NCBI GenBank assembly: GCA_973895155.1
Contig: OZ316898.1
Span: forward strand, 20,409,292 to 20,473,291
Source: Marsupella aquatica
Lineage: Eukaryota; Plantae; Marchantiophyta
Reading direction: 5' to 3'
DNA: 64,000 bases
Shown: piece after piece, positions 12,850-25,602 of the stretch
How the letters are laid out: each line of letters begins with the position of its first letter
Numbering within the stretch: the first letter of the stretch is position 1
The notes under the pieces: model-generated
Told to the model about the DNA's origin: nothing
Database searches by the model: none
Seen by the model: only the letters and a program-made list of their open reading frames with translations
Position numbers and translations under genes: made by a program

Positions 12850-15800
12850 ATGTTCGGAGGCACCACCGGGTTGAATCGGACCGTAGTCAAGTCGAGCTCG
12901 TTCTTATCTCTGCTCGCGATCCGGCACTGTGAGAGTCGTTTCTTCTCGTCTTCCTCTTGCGCTCTCTCGCCTCTGCTCCAGACAGGGCGGTTGAAATCCT
13001 CGGGACGGTTGTCTATCTCGTCCGAATCGATTGATCGGAAGGGGGTTGAGGCCTTGAGAGCAGCCCACAGCTCCGGGGGATTTCCCTTCAGGCAACAGCA
13101 ACATCGACGACGAGGAGGTGTCAACCCTAATCGGGGAAGCAGGTTGATTAGGTGTTCGTCCGTTGCTACTCCATCCCCTGTCGCTTCTCCGTCGAACAAA
13201 GAAGAGGAAGATATGGCAAAGGAGGTGCGGAAGGAGATCTTTCTCAGGGATTACAAGGCGCCGGACTATTTGTTCGATTCCGTGAGCCTCACGTTTGTCC
13301 TCGGGGAGGAGTTCACCACCGTCGTGTCGAAAATCAAGGTGTCTCCACGAGCCGGGGTTGCTGGGACTCCCCCGTTGGTGCTCGATGGGGCCGATTTGAA
13401 GCTGTTGCACGTGAAGGTTAATGCGGTGGAGGTTGGGCATGATAAGTATGAACTGGAAAGCCGCAAGCTCGTGCTCAACTCGTTACCGTCGGGGTCATTT
13501 GATTTGGAGATTGCGACTGAAATTGAGCCACAGAATAATACTTCTCTGGAGGGATTGTACAAATCGAGTGGAAATTTTTGCACGCAGTGTGAGGCGGAAG
13601 GGTTTAGGAAGATCACTTTCTATCAGGACCGACCCGATGTGATGTCCAAATTTGTGACGAGGATTGAGGCTGACAAGGAGTTGTATCCTGTGTTGCTGTC
13701 GAACGGGAATCTCGTAGATCAGGGTGAGCTGGAAGGGGGTAAAAAACACTTCGCCGTGTGGGAGGATCCGTTCAGCAAGCCGTGCTACCTGTTTGCCCTT
13801 GTAGCCGGGCAGCTGTCGTCTCGGCGTGACAAATTCATCACACGTTCTGGGAAGGAGGTTGCACTCCGCATTTGGACTCCTTCTCAGGATGTGGCAAAGA
13901 CTGCGCATGCGATGGATTCTCTGAAGGCTGCCATGAAGTGGGATGAGGATGTTTTCGGGCTGGAGTATGATTTGGACCTTTTCAACATTGTTGCAGTGCC
14001 GGATTTCAACATGGGAGCAATGGAGAACAAGAGCTTGAATATTTTCAATTCCAGGCTGGTTCTGGCTTCACCTGAGACTGCAACGGATGGAGACTACTTT
14101 GCAATTGAGCGGGTTATTGGGCATGAGTACTTCCACAACTGGACAGGGAACAGGGTGACATGCAGGGATTGGTTCCAGTTGAGTTTGAAGGAAGGGCTCA
14201 CCGTTTTCAGAGACCAGGAGTTCTCTTCCGACATGGGCAGCCGAGCTGTGAAGAGAATCGAAGATGTGATGACGTTGAGAAGAGCACAGTTTCCGCAGGA
14301 TGCGGGTCCAATGGCTCATCCGGTCCGTCCCCACTCATATATCAAAATGGACAATTTCTATACAGTCACTGTGTACGAGAAGGGTGCCGAGGTTGTGAGA
14401 ATGTATCAAACTTTGTTAGGGAAGCAGGGATTCAGAAAGGGAATGGATCTCTATTTTCAGCGACACGATGGTCAAGCAGTGACATGTGAGGCCTTCAAGG
14501 CTGCCATGTTTGATGCAAACGGTGTCGATTACCCAACTTTTACCTCGTGGTACTCTCAAGCAGGAACTCCTGTCCTGACTGTGACGACATCTTACGATTC
14601 TGATGCTCATACCTTCACTGTGAAAGCCAGTCAGGTGGTTCCTCCAACTCCCGGTCAGCCTGAGAAGGAACCGAATCTCCTACCGGTTGCAATAGGATTG
14701 CTTGATTCAACAGGGAAGGACATACCCTTGTCTGGTGTGTATGACGGCAAGACGTTCATTTCTCTGAAGGATGCAAGTGGAAAGGACGTCACGACAGCCA
14801 TGCTTAGGGTGGAAAAGGCCGAGCACGAGTTCGTTTTTAAGGATATTCATGAGAGACCAGTACCATCTATTCTGCGAAACTTCAGTGCACCTGTGAGACT
14901 GAATTCTGATATCACTGAGAAAGATTTGTATTTCTTACTTGCACATGATTCTGATGAATTCAATCGGTGGGAGGCTGCGCAAATATTGGGTCGGAACGTT
15001 TTGCTTGATCTCATCTCCAGGGTGCAAAAGGGCGAAGAACTCAGCATCAACAATGCTTACGTCCAAGGATTTCGTAGCTTGTTAACTGATCCGACTTTGG
15101 ACAAGCTCTTTGTAAGCAGAGCCATCAGTCTCCCGAGTGAAAGTGAATTGATCGATATCTTGACGGTTGCAGATCCAGATGCAATCCATACGGCCCGCTC
15201 TTTTGTGGTGAAGCAGTTGGCTTCGAGCCTCCGCTCAGAACTGCTTGAATTGGTGAATGCAAACCGCAGCTCAGAAGCCTACTTTCCCTCCCACCCGCAC
15301 CGAGCGAGACGCGCAATCAAGAACACAGCTCTCTATTTCCTGGTTGCATTGAATGAGCAGGAATTCACGGATCTGGCTCTGCGAGAGTACAAATCGGCAA
15401 CGAACATGTCCGACCAGTTCAGCGCTCTGGCTGCTCTTGCTCAAAATCCTGGTGACGCGCGTACAGAAGTACTTGCAGACTTCTACAATCAGTGGCAGCA
15501 TGATCCCTTGGTGGTAAACAAATGGCTGTCTTTGCAAGCAGCTTCGGATAACCCTGGCAATGTCGACATGGTGCGACAGCTACTGGATCACCCTGCTATG
15601 GATGTTCGGAACCCTAATAAGGTTTACTCCCTCATTGGAGGATTTTGTTCATCTGCTGTTAATTTACATAGTAAGGATGGGTCGGGCTACAAGTTTTTAG
15701 GAGATATTGTCATCCAGCTTGACAAGATAAATCCTCAGGTCGCATCCAGAATGGTGTCACCCTTCTCGAGGTGGAAAAGATTTGATGAAGGAAGACAGGC

Positions 15801-15891
15801 ACTAGCAAAAGAGCAACTGGAGAGAATCACCAAGGTGGAGGGGCTTTCCGACAATGTGTATGAGATTGCATCGAAGAGTTTGGCATCTTGA
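12850..15891 (+). CDS. pepN: Aminopeptidase N (peptidase family M1, PepN type), intronless, with N-terminal organellar transit peptide
   Basis: Continuous 1013-aa ORF. GAMEN exopeptidase motif, HEYFH-x18-E zinc motif, TQCEAEGFR and the PepN C-terminal domain ([18 protein letters not shown]). Ser/Arg-rich ~120-aa N-terminal extension precedes [19 protein letters not shown]. Confidence 0.96.
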   Translation: MFGGTTGLNRTVVKSSSFLSLLAIRHCESRFFSSSSCALSPLLQTGRLKSSGRLSISSESIDRKGVEALRAAHSSGGFPFRQQQHRRRGGVNPNRGSRLIRCSSVATPSPVASPSNKEEEDMAKEVRKEIFLRDYKAPDYLFDSVSLTFVLGEEFTTVVSKIKVSPRAGVAGTPPLVLDGADLKLLHVKVNAVEVGHDKYELESRKLVLNSLPSGSFDLEIATEIEPQNNTSLEGLYKSSGNFCTQCEAEGFRKITFYQDRPDVMSKFVTRIEADKELYPVLLSNGNLVDQGELEGGKKHFAVWEDPFSKPCYLFALVAGQLSSRRDKFITRSGKEVALRIWTPSQDVAKTAHAMDSLKAAMKWDEDVFGLEYDLDLFNIVAVPDFNMGAMENKSLNIFNSRLVLASPETATDGDYFAIERVIGHEYFHNWTGNRVTCRDWFQLSLKEGLTVFRDQEFSSDMGSRAVKRIEDVMTLRRAQFPQDAGPMAHPVRPHSYIKMDNFYTVTVYEKGAEVVRMYQTLLGKQGFRKGMDLYFQRHDGQAVTCEAFKAAMFDANGVDYPTFTSWYSQAGTPVLTVTTSYDSDAHTFTVKASQVVPPTPGQPEKEPNLLPVAIGLLDSTGKDIPLSGVYDGKTFISLKDASGKDVTTAMLRVEKAEHEFVFKDIHERPVPSILRNFSAPVRLNSDITEKDLYFLLAHDSDEFNRWEAAQILGRNVLLDLISRVQKGEELSINNAYVQGFRSLLTDPTLDKLFVSRAISLPSESELIDILTVADPDAIHTARSFVVKQLASSLRSELLELVNANRSSEAYFPSHPHRARRAIKNTALYFLVALNEQEFTDLALREYKSATNMSDQFSALAALAQNPGDARTEVLADFYNQWQHDPLVVNKWLSLQAASDNPGNVDMVRQLLDHPAMDVRNPNKVYSLIGGFCSSAVNLHSKDGSGYKFLGDIVIQLDKINPQVASRMVSPFSRWKRFDEGRQALAKEQLERITKVEGLSDNVYEIASKSLAS

Positions 15892-16329
15892 AAAGTGCCA
15901 GGTATTAGGTGAAGGGAAGGGTTTGTGCATCTTTTACGGAGGAAAGTTGTTAACTGGAATGCTACATAGTGTTGTCGGGAAGCCAACATTATGACAGTCA
16001 TATGCATACAATCGATTGGAAAGTATATTGAAGAGAGACCAGGGCCTACGCAGCCCATCAAGACAGGTTATATAAGTTGTACTCTTAATGATGAATACCG
16101 CTTCATCTATACAATCGCAAAGCATTACAAAATTAGAGGCCTCTGTTACTCCTGCAGGCGGCTAGGTACCTATTTGTGTGAGGTTTCCTTTCCTATTCGT
16201 TCATGCTTTCGGATGGAATTCACCAGAGCAAGTCACTAGGGAGGAAAACATACCGGGAAATTGATGAGACAGCAACACTACGTTCAGACTTTTTCGTCTT
16301 TCTGCTTTCTTTTTCTGCGGCTGTCTTGT

Positions 16330-16800
16330 AGATGCTTCCTCTGTTGCGGACCTTCCATTGTAAATGCGTTTTCTACTGCGGACCCCTCGTGGAAAATTAT
16401 TCTTCTATTGCAGCCTTGTGATCGTTAATACCTTCTCAAACACGAACTTGTCACTGAGAATTGCAGAGCTCCCATGGAACATGGTCTTAATATTCTGGAC
16501 CTTTCATTGTGTCTGCGTAGTTGTATGCAGACCTTTCATGAAAGCTTCTTTCTCTATTGCAGGCCTCGTATAGGAATTGCTTTCTCAATTACAGATGTCA
16601 CACAAATGCTTCCTCTATTGCAGATCTGATATTAGATGTATTTTTTTTGCAGATCTGTTATTAGGTATGTTTTTTTTGCAGATCTGTTATTAGATATGCT
16701 TTTTTTGCAGATCTGTTATTAGATGTACTTTTTTGGCAAACCTGTCATGGAAACGGCTCTCTTAGCATAGATCAGTTGTTTTAAATGCTTTCTCGATCGC
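16330..16800. repeat. Degenerate ~30-bp minisatellite array
   Basis: Four close copies of GCAGATCTG(A/T)TATTAG(A/G)T...TTTTTT at 16620-16735. Looser ATGCTTC(C/T)TCTATTGCAG units lie on either side. Confidence 0.7.
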
Positions 16801-17539
16801 ACACCTGCATCATTGCGCTTCCTGTTCTCCACCAGGGATTTTGCATACTAAAGAATTTAAATTTTTGCATCACTGCATTTCATGTTCTCTACCAGGGATT
16901 TGCACACTAGAGAATTTAAGTATTTACCAGTTTTTCCACACAGCTTTGGCCACCTCTCCGTTTCCATATCCTGAAAGTCGCACATGATTTATTGGGGCAA
17001 GTTTTGGCCACTTCGTATCCCTGGTCCTAATGTGCAGACTTCAATACTTCACAAAGTGGACAATTTTTGGATGTGGGATCTGGAAACGTTAATAGTTTAC
17101 TAAGTGGACAATTTAAGGACGCAAGGCATCTTTTCGCTTTTTACAACTGAGTGTCCCTCTAAACTCTCAATTATTTGCATTAAGCGAGGTTCATCCATGT
17201 TTCCGTGGTGAGGGTTGACACAATGATTACAAGAGGCATGGAACGCCGGAAGATGAATCCAATGTGGAAATTAATTCGACAGTCCATCAGAGTTCTTTGT
17301 CGAAACGGAGGGGTAGAAAGATTTCTCTCAAGGATGAAAAAAGTAAGAACCATTGCTTTGTCGATAAGATCGCCCATTTGGCAGTGCTTGCGAAGAAAGC
17401 AATCTCTCCTATGCAACAACATGAAAGCAAAACCAAAAACCTGGTCTTGGGCACTATTCACGAACTCCATCCAGACTCATCTGAAATGAAGGTAAAGCCA
17501 AATTGCACCAAAGTAGGAAACGAGACAAACTGGTAAACA

Positions 17540-17740
17540 TAGTAAACCTTATCACATACTGATGTTTTCTTTTAACCTAGTTTTGTGCAATTTTGAACGA
17601 AAATTTTCTAAGAAGTTGATGTTTTCTTTGAAACCTAGTTTTGTGCAACTTTTGAACCAAACCTTTCTAGAATAATTTGGAATTGTAGTGATGGTTTCTT
17701 TGAAAGCTAGTTTTCTGCAACTTGAACCAAAACTTTTGGA
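17540..17740. repeat. Degenerate ~60-bp tandem repeat, 3 copies
   Basis: TGATG(T/G)TTT(T)CTTT...A(C/G)CTAGTTTT(G/C)TGCAA...TTGAAC repeated three times. Confidence 0.6.
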
Positions 17741-20564
17741 TATGTACTAGCTGTTCATGTCCAACCTCTTGGCACGTGTGTTTGAACGCAATGCCCCCTT
17801 AGTTACAGTGCAGTACTGAGCCATGCATCCCAACTTTGGTTCATTAACCAGGGTCAAACTTAGAAAAGTAATTGAAACTTTGAAGGGACGGATTTCAGTC
17901 CCTAGAAACTTTCGTGCACCTTTGATCCTTTGATTAAATAAATGCCCGATTATTTTCTTGTGTGTCTTTTGACACAATATGCATGAGTAATCTCTAGTAA
18001 AGGTGGTTTACGGTTACACTAGTTACTTTAGTTAGCACCCCAACAATTCAGCTGGAATCAAAGATACCCATCAAAGACCAAACTTGCTTGTCCTTTTTAG
18101 ACGGAAAGCAGCCTAAGAGAACCCAAGTTTGCTTTCACAGTCCCATCTTATTGTAAGGAGACTAAGATACGCCTAGGTTCAAAGTACAGCCAAGTAGTCT
18201 AGGATTTGCACCTACTTACCACCTAGGAAGGGAAAAAACAAAGAAAGGAGAGAGGTAAGAGGTGTAAAGTATGCATGTGGGGTAAAAGAAAGGAGGTGAG
18301 ATTAAGAGCTAACTTGCATGTGGGGGACCCTCAAACTATAAGCCCCTTTGCACTCCCTAAATTTCCGGATGAAGGCAGATCTATATTCTCCAGGGTATCT
18401 GTTACCCTGACTCCACGAGCCTTTTTCTATGTCCCTGTTTGTTTGATTTTGATTTTTTGTCAGTTCAAAGTAAGGGACCTCAAGGGCCTGAAAATTTTAG
18501 ATCCTTGCTCTTGGTTCTCCACTTTTTATGCCATCAGGCCTTCCTGACAAGGAGGTTAAGGCACAAAATTCTCAGTCAATATTTATGGACCCCACTCGAG
18601 GTCCTTTCCAAAATTCCTGGCACCACAGTGTGCCATGTCAACAACAACCGCAACAAACAAGACTTGTCAGTTTTGTGAATCGAACTTATAGTTTTCATTT
18701 GTGTTTGTGTCAATTTGGGTGTAAATTTTGGGACACCATTCCGTAAAAGGAAATGTAAAAATTAGAAATGCAAAGAGCAAGACGGGTAAAACTGTCACTT
18801 TATAACCGTTTTAGTTACGCATCCAGTTTTAAAAATTTAATTCAAAGATGTAAAAAGTTTTTTTCATATAAGTAATAAACAAAGACGAATAACTAACTTG
18901 ATAACTTACTTGTTAAAGGGTAGATGGCACATGGAGTAAGATTTTAGGCCTTCTGCAATTAAGGCAAAACTGCCGGCTATGGTGGAACTTGAAGTCAACA
19001 AACTGATACAATTCATTTGATCAGACATTGATGTGATTTCAAATGGACTTGTCACAAATTGAATATTGACTCACTTAGCTTGAGAATTTGGTTGCATGCA
19101 GCAAAAAGACCTGATTTGACATATGCTTGTGATAACCACGATGTCGACTTCGGCCTGCAAAGCAAAGTATTCATGTGCCAGTTGAAAAAATGCCAAACTA
19201 CTCAGGTTGTCGCTGAATGGGTCCACAATGATTTCGTGACAAAATCTAATCTAAACAATGCAAACTGTAAAATCTAGTGCTCGTCCAGCACCACATGAGG
19301 ACTAGCTTCCCTTCCTAATCAAACTTCTCTCTTCTTAAAGCTTAAACTCTGCCCTTCTCCATTTGGTGAATAGTTGTGTCAATGTCATGGGGCTATTAAC
19401 CACTAATTCAAAATTTGCCAAAGTCAGACTTCAGTGAAATCTCCAGAATTTCCAATTATTTGAAATTACATTGACAAATCGGGCGACAAATATTCTACAA
19501 ACAGAACTCGGCTACTAGAAAGGGTAGGGTTCCTTGTTGAGAAAAGGAGATTTCTCAATTGATCTTGAGAAAGTAGTATTCTCAACTCAAATTGAGTGCC
19601 CATGGCACTTTAGTAGTCGAATATAGTGTCCTCTAATTCCCAAATCTAACCTAAGTAAAAAAAACTGTGCCTTGGGTTTATTAATGTTCTAAAATTAGAT
19701 AAAATATCTCATAGATCTTAAGTGTTTTAATGTGTGCTAGCAGAGCAATATGGACCATATTAGCCTCTCAAATGTCAAGCTAAAAGCCTTCATTTTCCTG
19801 GTCATTATGAAGAAGATTGCAAAATCACATTTGGATGAGGTAATTTCTCCTATACTTTCACTAAAATCTGTAAAACTATCTCATCATAATAATATGTGAT
19901 GCTAGAGTATGTTGGACCATAATAGCCTCTCACAACTTGAGTTAAAGCTAATATTACATACATTATTTTTACTCAAACAAAGCCTGAAAAATGTAGCTAG
20001 GGGGTCCACGAACTAGTTTTAATGTTATCTTTTAAATCGAGGGGCTGGAAAACAAAGGGCCGCCCCAATGCAAGTTGGCTCTGAGGATAAAATTTTCCTA
20101 AGTTGCCTAGGAATTGCACCTGGTCACCAGGGGGGGAAGAGAAAAAGGAACAAAAGGGGGAGACTATAAGGATACATGGGGGTTAATACACTTCACATGT
20201 ATTGACATGTTGAAGCATTTTGGCAACCCTTTAGGTTCATCCTGGTTTCAATAACTGCACCACCCTTTCTTTCTCACAACGTTGCTTTCTCACAATGTCA
20301 TTGCACATATAAAAGCCTCACTCGCTCCCTCTCTAATCCTCATTCCTGTCCTGTGGTGAAAGTCTCACCATAAAAGGTAAAGCACTCACCACCAATTGTG
20401 AAGCTCAAGCCTATTTCTGAATCTGTGCACTTTATAAAGAGGGCAGTGAACCAGTAGTTCTTTATAGGGGTAGTTATGGTTTAGTTATAATACTTCTACT
20501 GTAAAATAAAATGCTCCATTGAGCACAAAGAAAAGCAAATGCAAACTCCCAAAAATATGAAGAG

Positions 20565-20760
20565 GACTGTACAGGAAGACAGTGTAAGACTGTGCATTAC
20601 GAAAGTGTAAGACTGAAAAGGACGACAGTGTAAGACTATACAGTAAGACAGTGTAACCCTGACATCAGTTATGGCCAAATGGGCAGTCACTCCGAAAGTG
20701 TAAGACTGTACAGTAAGGCAGTGTAACCCTGACATCAGTTATAGCCAAATGGGGAGTCGC
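20565..20760. repeat. AGTGTAA(GACT)-rich repeat with a 70-bp duplication
   Basis: AGTGTAA at 20581, 20604, 20627, 20650, 20697 and 20720. CAGTGTAACCCTGACATCAGTTAT(G/A)GCCAAATGGG is duplicated. Confidence 0.75.
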
Positions 20761-21673
20761 TTTTCTTTGTACACCAGAGAGATCATTCCATTGCGGAGGA
20801 ATCATAAGAGCTGCCCTTCTCACATGATTCGCATCCCCTCCATCGCTCAGATTTGGCGAAGGAATAGTCAATTGATCACACATTGATTAGTGGCTCGAGT
20901 GCAGCAGAGTGGCATGTCGACTTTCGTATAACCGGCAGCATTCTCTCTCTCGAGCTGCTCGTTTGGTTCGCAATAACTAATCCACCGGCTGCTGGAAACA
21001 AATTGTGATGCACGGTGCGTCTCGTGTTCGAGAGTTGATTTTTGGGAACGATCTAGGAAGGTGAAGGATTCGGACTAGTGATTTGGAATTGCGAGAGTGC
21101 GGACTCTGCTGGCTGAGGAGAAATTGGAGCAGGAGGCATAAGTGGTGGTGCAGGACCGTGAATGAATGATAGCCAGCTGTGAAATTTTGATTGAGGTGAT
21201 CGGCCAATATTTTTGAATTGGGTTGAGGGTTTTGAAGGGTCGATTGATTAGTTCGGTTCAACAGTTCTTGTGATTTCTGAACCGTTGAACTTGGAAGAGG
21301 TGGCAGCAGAGGTGTTGCATTTTGTACCGCTGCGGGGAAAAATTCATTTAGCTGGGGTACCCGTTGTAGGGCTGCCTTTACGTAGAGGGACAGAGGTTTG
21401 TTTCGGAGGAGATTGAATGACCGGGTATGTTCAATCTTGAAGAGAGAATCAAATTCATGGTGCTGGTTTTGTAACTCGACTGCCAGTCGTTCAATCAGTC
21501 GGGCAACATTTTCAAACTAGGGCGGATTTGAAGGAGACAGAGAGCACCAGTTGATCTGCTTTGGTGCAATTATCATCGACAGTTTTCGCCGTGGAACCTG
21601 TTCATTAATACATTCACTCATTCCTTCATTTTTAAGAGAGGTAGAGAAGAAGTGAAGTTTGGGTCAGGGAGGG

Positions 21674-24600
21674 ATGCAGAGCGTGAGCAGCCAAAGCCTC
21701 TCGCTCTGCGCCACGAAAGTCATACACCTGCACAAGACCTTGACTACACGGTTGCATTCATGTTCGGTACAGGTCTGTCCTTCCCTGTCAGCCTCAACCT
21801 CTCGGTTTGCTGGTTCGGAGCCCTCTTGTATCAGCAGGAGCAGACATAGGTGGAGAACGAACGGAGAATCGCTACCAGCGGCAGGACGATTGTTTGTCCG
21901 GTCCAAGGTAGAGTCAGCAGTATTGTCCGAGCAGTCATCGTCGCCGGCATTGCTTTCCGGACAATTTGTGGATGGAGTTCTCGGTGTCCGGCAGCCAGCT
22001 GAGATTCCGCATGAGAACTCTGGGGCCTCTTCAGACTTGATCTTTTTAGGAACGGGCACAAGCGAAGGTGTACCTCGAGTCAGCTGCCTCACTCACACGT
22101 CCAAAAGATGCCCGGTAGCAATTCCTATCCTCCTCCTGTGTCGTCCTGGTTCACGATTGTTCAGGATTTGAGTTTCTTGGAGAAGACCATTCCGCCTTGT
22201 ATTCTCTCTGAGTGAATCTCCATTAAGACCCCAAATCCAAACCTCAGATCTCCAAACATCTCACTCGATCTGTTGTGCCGAAATTTTGAGGAGACCTCAA
22301 CGAAACGAATGGCAAGGGCTCCCACCCAGGGTCAATTGGATCTTCCCCAATCCAACAGAGGAGGCCGTGGAACTGAACACTATCTCATTTCCATTCGCAG
22401 ATTTGAGTTGATTTCAGCTCAATTTTTATTCATTTATAGACTTAGCTTTTATTTTCGTTTGACTGATGTTCTCCCATTTTGCCCTTTGCTTCTTGCGTCG
22501 CTCCGTCAATGCCGAAACTAATTTGATTCCATTTGCTCTTCGATATCAATAATGCACAGTTTATTCATAGACCCCTTAAGTAACTTTTCCCTTCATACCT
22601 TGCCTTTCATGTACTTACACCCGCGTCGCGTCTCCCGGGTGACTTGCATTGATATTATTACTTGCCCAGTGGCTGATTGCTTCCTACCCCTCTTCCATAT
22701 GCCAGTCATCCTGCAGAGCACTGCATGACATATTCCCCTGAAACCCCCACATTATGTCGCGCTAGACAAGAACATGAATGTGAAAGGCAACTGGGTTTAG
22801 GTGTAAGTCCTGAATACTTGGCTGGAATTCTTCATACGTATATTGAATTTTTGATAGTTTGAATGTTCAATAGGTCTGTTGGGAAGCAGTGCAGCTTGGA
22901 AACAAGAACAGGCGCCGCAATACAAGTCTCATATTGCGCGTGGCATCTGCTGATGGTACCAGGAAAAACATTCTCATAGATGCTGGCAAGTACGACCCTT
23001 GAACTTGTCTGTGAGATTACCATAGCCCCCCTTCAAAGGACATCTTAAGCACGTTGGAACTTTCTATAGATGCGTTTCAGCCGTGGAGTTTGCCCACGAA
23101 ATTTAGATTTGTAGCATGATTAGGTTTCCGAGACCTTCAAATTTAGGAAAGGTCCGCGAAGTTCTAAGCAGAAAAGCCCTTTTTGTTTGCCAATTAATTC
23201 TTTCTTCTCTTGCTGTTTTACAGATTTTTCTACCACAGTGCATTGCAGTGGTTTCCATTCTATGGGTGAGTTTAGTAGTCTTAAAGTAATGGTTTTGCAT
23301 GCCAGCTGAAGATTGTTTTGGTTAGTAACATAGTTTTTACCTTTGCCCCAATTTCCCCTTTTTCCTCAAATCTTGCAATGCTCTACGTCAAAGTTGTCCC
23401 AACAGAGTACCTGGAGCCAATGGTACTGTTAGAGTAGTGTTGGATCTGATCTGCTCATGCTTTTGCGTCAGTTCATCTTTAGTTTATTGTTGGTTAGAGA
23501 TCTGATTCTGGCTTATTGCAATGTGCAGGATTCGTAATTTGGATGCAGTAATCATCACCCATTCACATGCCGATGCTGTTGGAGGTTCTACTCCCTATCT
23601 CTACCTCCTTAATCGTTCAATCCAAGCTAAATTAGGTTCAGTCTTTTTACTTCTAATCCTTGTCATGCTGATTGCCCTACTTGTCTTCACGGGTCTTATG
23701 GTTTCCTGAACCTGTGGACACAGGTCTGGATGATTTGAGAGACTGGACCAACAATGTGCAAGCAGACGTCCCAATTTATGTGGCTCAGCGAGACATTGAG
23801 GTTTCTGAACTTAGCCCCGTACTTTTGGCTGTCATCTTGCTAGTGACGCCTTTGGATGACCCCCTCACTAGGAGAGAATCTCTAGAGTACTTGATGTGAA
23901 TTCTAAAGTAGGAAAGCAGACATGTTCGAGGGGAGTTTCCAATGAGATGGCCATGTGTTAGCATGTATGATGCTTCCTGCAAATGTACCAAGTCCTTCGT
24001 TCGTTTCCCGTGAATAGGTACTGGCCAAGTCTCATTACTATCTTGTAGATACAAGTGTAATAGCAAAGGGGACTGCTGTTTCGAACCTACAATTTAAATT
24101 GATCACCGAGGAACCATTTGATGTGCTCGGTCTCAAGGTAAGCTCCCTGTATTTTGAATGCTGACTGGGCTTGTTCTTTCCGAATCTTTGCTTCCCTAAA
24201 CGATGGAGGATGCTGTTCCTATTCTTTGTGACTTGCTTTTAACCTGTGACGTTGGGATTCGTTGGAGTCTTAGGTCTGCAGTGAATGGCTCTAATATTAA
24301 CTTCCGCCTGTCTCTATCTTTGTTTTGGGAATTAGGTGATCCCATTGCCTGTCTGGCATGGGGCAAATTATAGGTCTCTTGGATTCCGAGTGGGAAGTAT
24401 CTGCTATATAAGGTATGGAGCCAATTTGATATCATCTGATTGTTTTCAAATTCATGTAACCCAAGAAAGTCCGTCTTTAGTTGAACCCTCCGAGTTGCGC
24501 TGGTTAGTCGTTGGAGATCAGCAAGGCATCATGTATACGTAGAAACTGTAGATACCGTTCTTCTTACACTCCTAAGTTACTGGAGGGGCAGGGATCAGGG

Positions 24601-25602
24601 AAGGTACGACAGGAAGCCTGTAAGGCATCTTCAGGTGCAGCTTTTGTGACTGACATTGGCCTTTTCACTTTGTGGAACATGTACAGTGATGTGAGTGAGA
24701 TTCCTGAGGAGACATACCCTCTCCTGGAGAATTGTGACCTTCTCATCTTGGTGAGTTTTTGTACTACCCGATTTTTCCTCTTCTATTCAATATGGTTCGC
24801 CAGTTTTTGATCTTACGTGAGCTACATTCTGCAGCAATTTACAGTTGCTTGATGACAGTAGCTTCTTTAGGAACTTGTCAAGTGGTTTGTCTTCCATTGA
24901 TGAATACTTCATGCTTGTGATGTCAGGATGCCCTAAGACCGGATCGATCTAGTGCTACCCACTTTGGATTGCCCCAAGTGAGTAAATGCTTTTGCTGGCA
25001 TTGTGGTGTGTCAATGACTTGCGTACATAAGACACTTGATCCGATTATGTCTGAGGACTCGGACCTTGAACTGAGGACACTATGTATGTCGAATATTAGG
25101 TATCCTAACATTTTCATCACCATTACAGGCTCTGGAGGAAGTGCGAAAAATTCGGCCCAAAAGAACCCTCTTTACAGGTGACCCTCCATGCTTACCCAGC
25201 GAAATTGTTTTGCCTGGTGGAATAGTATTACCCTAGATTACATTCTTTGCCTGCTAGATTTATAATTTTCAACCTCTAACATGTTTTGTCGTACTCTATC
25301 TTATGATCATCGGAAACCTCAATATCCTGTTACTTTCTTTCGGCCGCCTTAACAGGATTTTGCATTTTCAAACTTGGAATTTTGCTGTGTTAACAAAACT
25401 GTCCTAATCGAGAAGTTTGTATCTGCAAGCTGTCAAGGTTTTGAAAGTTCATGACGTTCATTATAATTCGGTGTGCACTACAGGGATGATGCATACAATG
25501 AACCACGAGAAGGTCAATCAGCAGCTTGCGAAGCTGGGGAAGTCTGAGGGCTTGGATTTACAATTGAGCTATGATGGCATGCGGATCCCTATAACATTTT
25601 AA
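21674..25602 (+). CDS. Metallo-beta-lactamase-fold hydrolase (PhnP-like plant family) with transit peptide, 11 coding exons
   Basis: Exons 21674-22114, 22874-22989, 23224-23265, 23529-23584, 23724-23800, 24018-24137, 24336-24412, 24687-24750, 24927-24977, 25129-25177 and 25484-25602. Motifs LIFLGTGTSEGVP, NRRRNTS, ILIDAGK, THSHADAVGGLDDLR, PVWHG, YISDVS, THFGL and SYDGM. Confidence 0.9.

Noticed and set aside
12774-15537. Several antisense and alternate-frame ORFs over the aminopeptidase, and similar ones over other exons
   Set aside because: Shadow ORFs of real coding sequence.
12850-15891. Recent bacterial HGT or contamination of pepN
   Set aside because: It has a long eukaryotic transit peptide, plant-type sequence and composition continuous with its flanks, with no operon context. 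Only a phylogeny could fully exclude it.
16620-16735. Regularly spaced ~30-bp repeats resembling a CRISPR array
   Set aside because: No unique spacers, no cas genes and a eukaryotic intron-containing context. It is a minisatellite.
18000-20400. Transposase or other coding remnant in the intergenic region
   Set aside because: The frames I translated (around 19050-19280) gave no recognisable motif.
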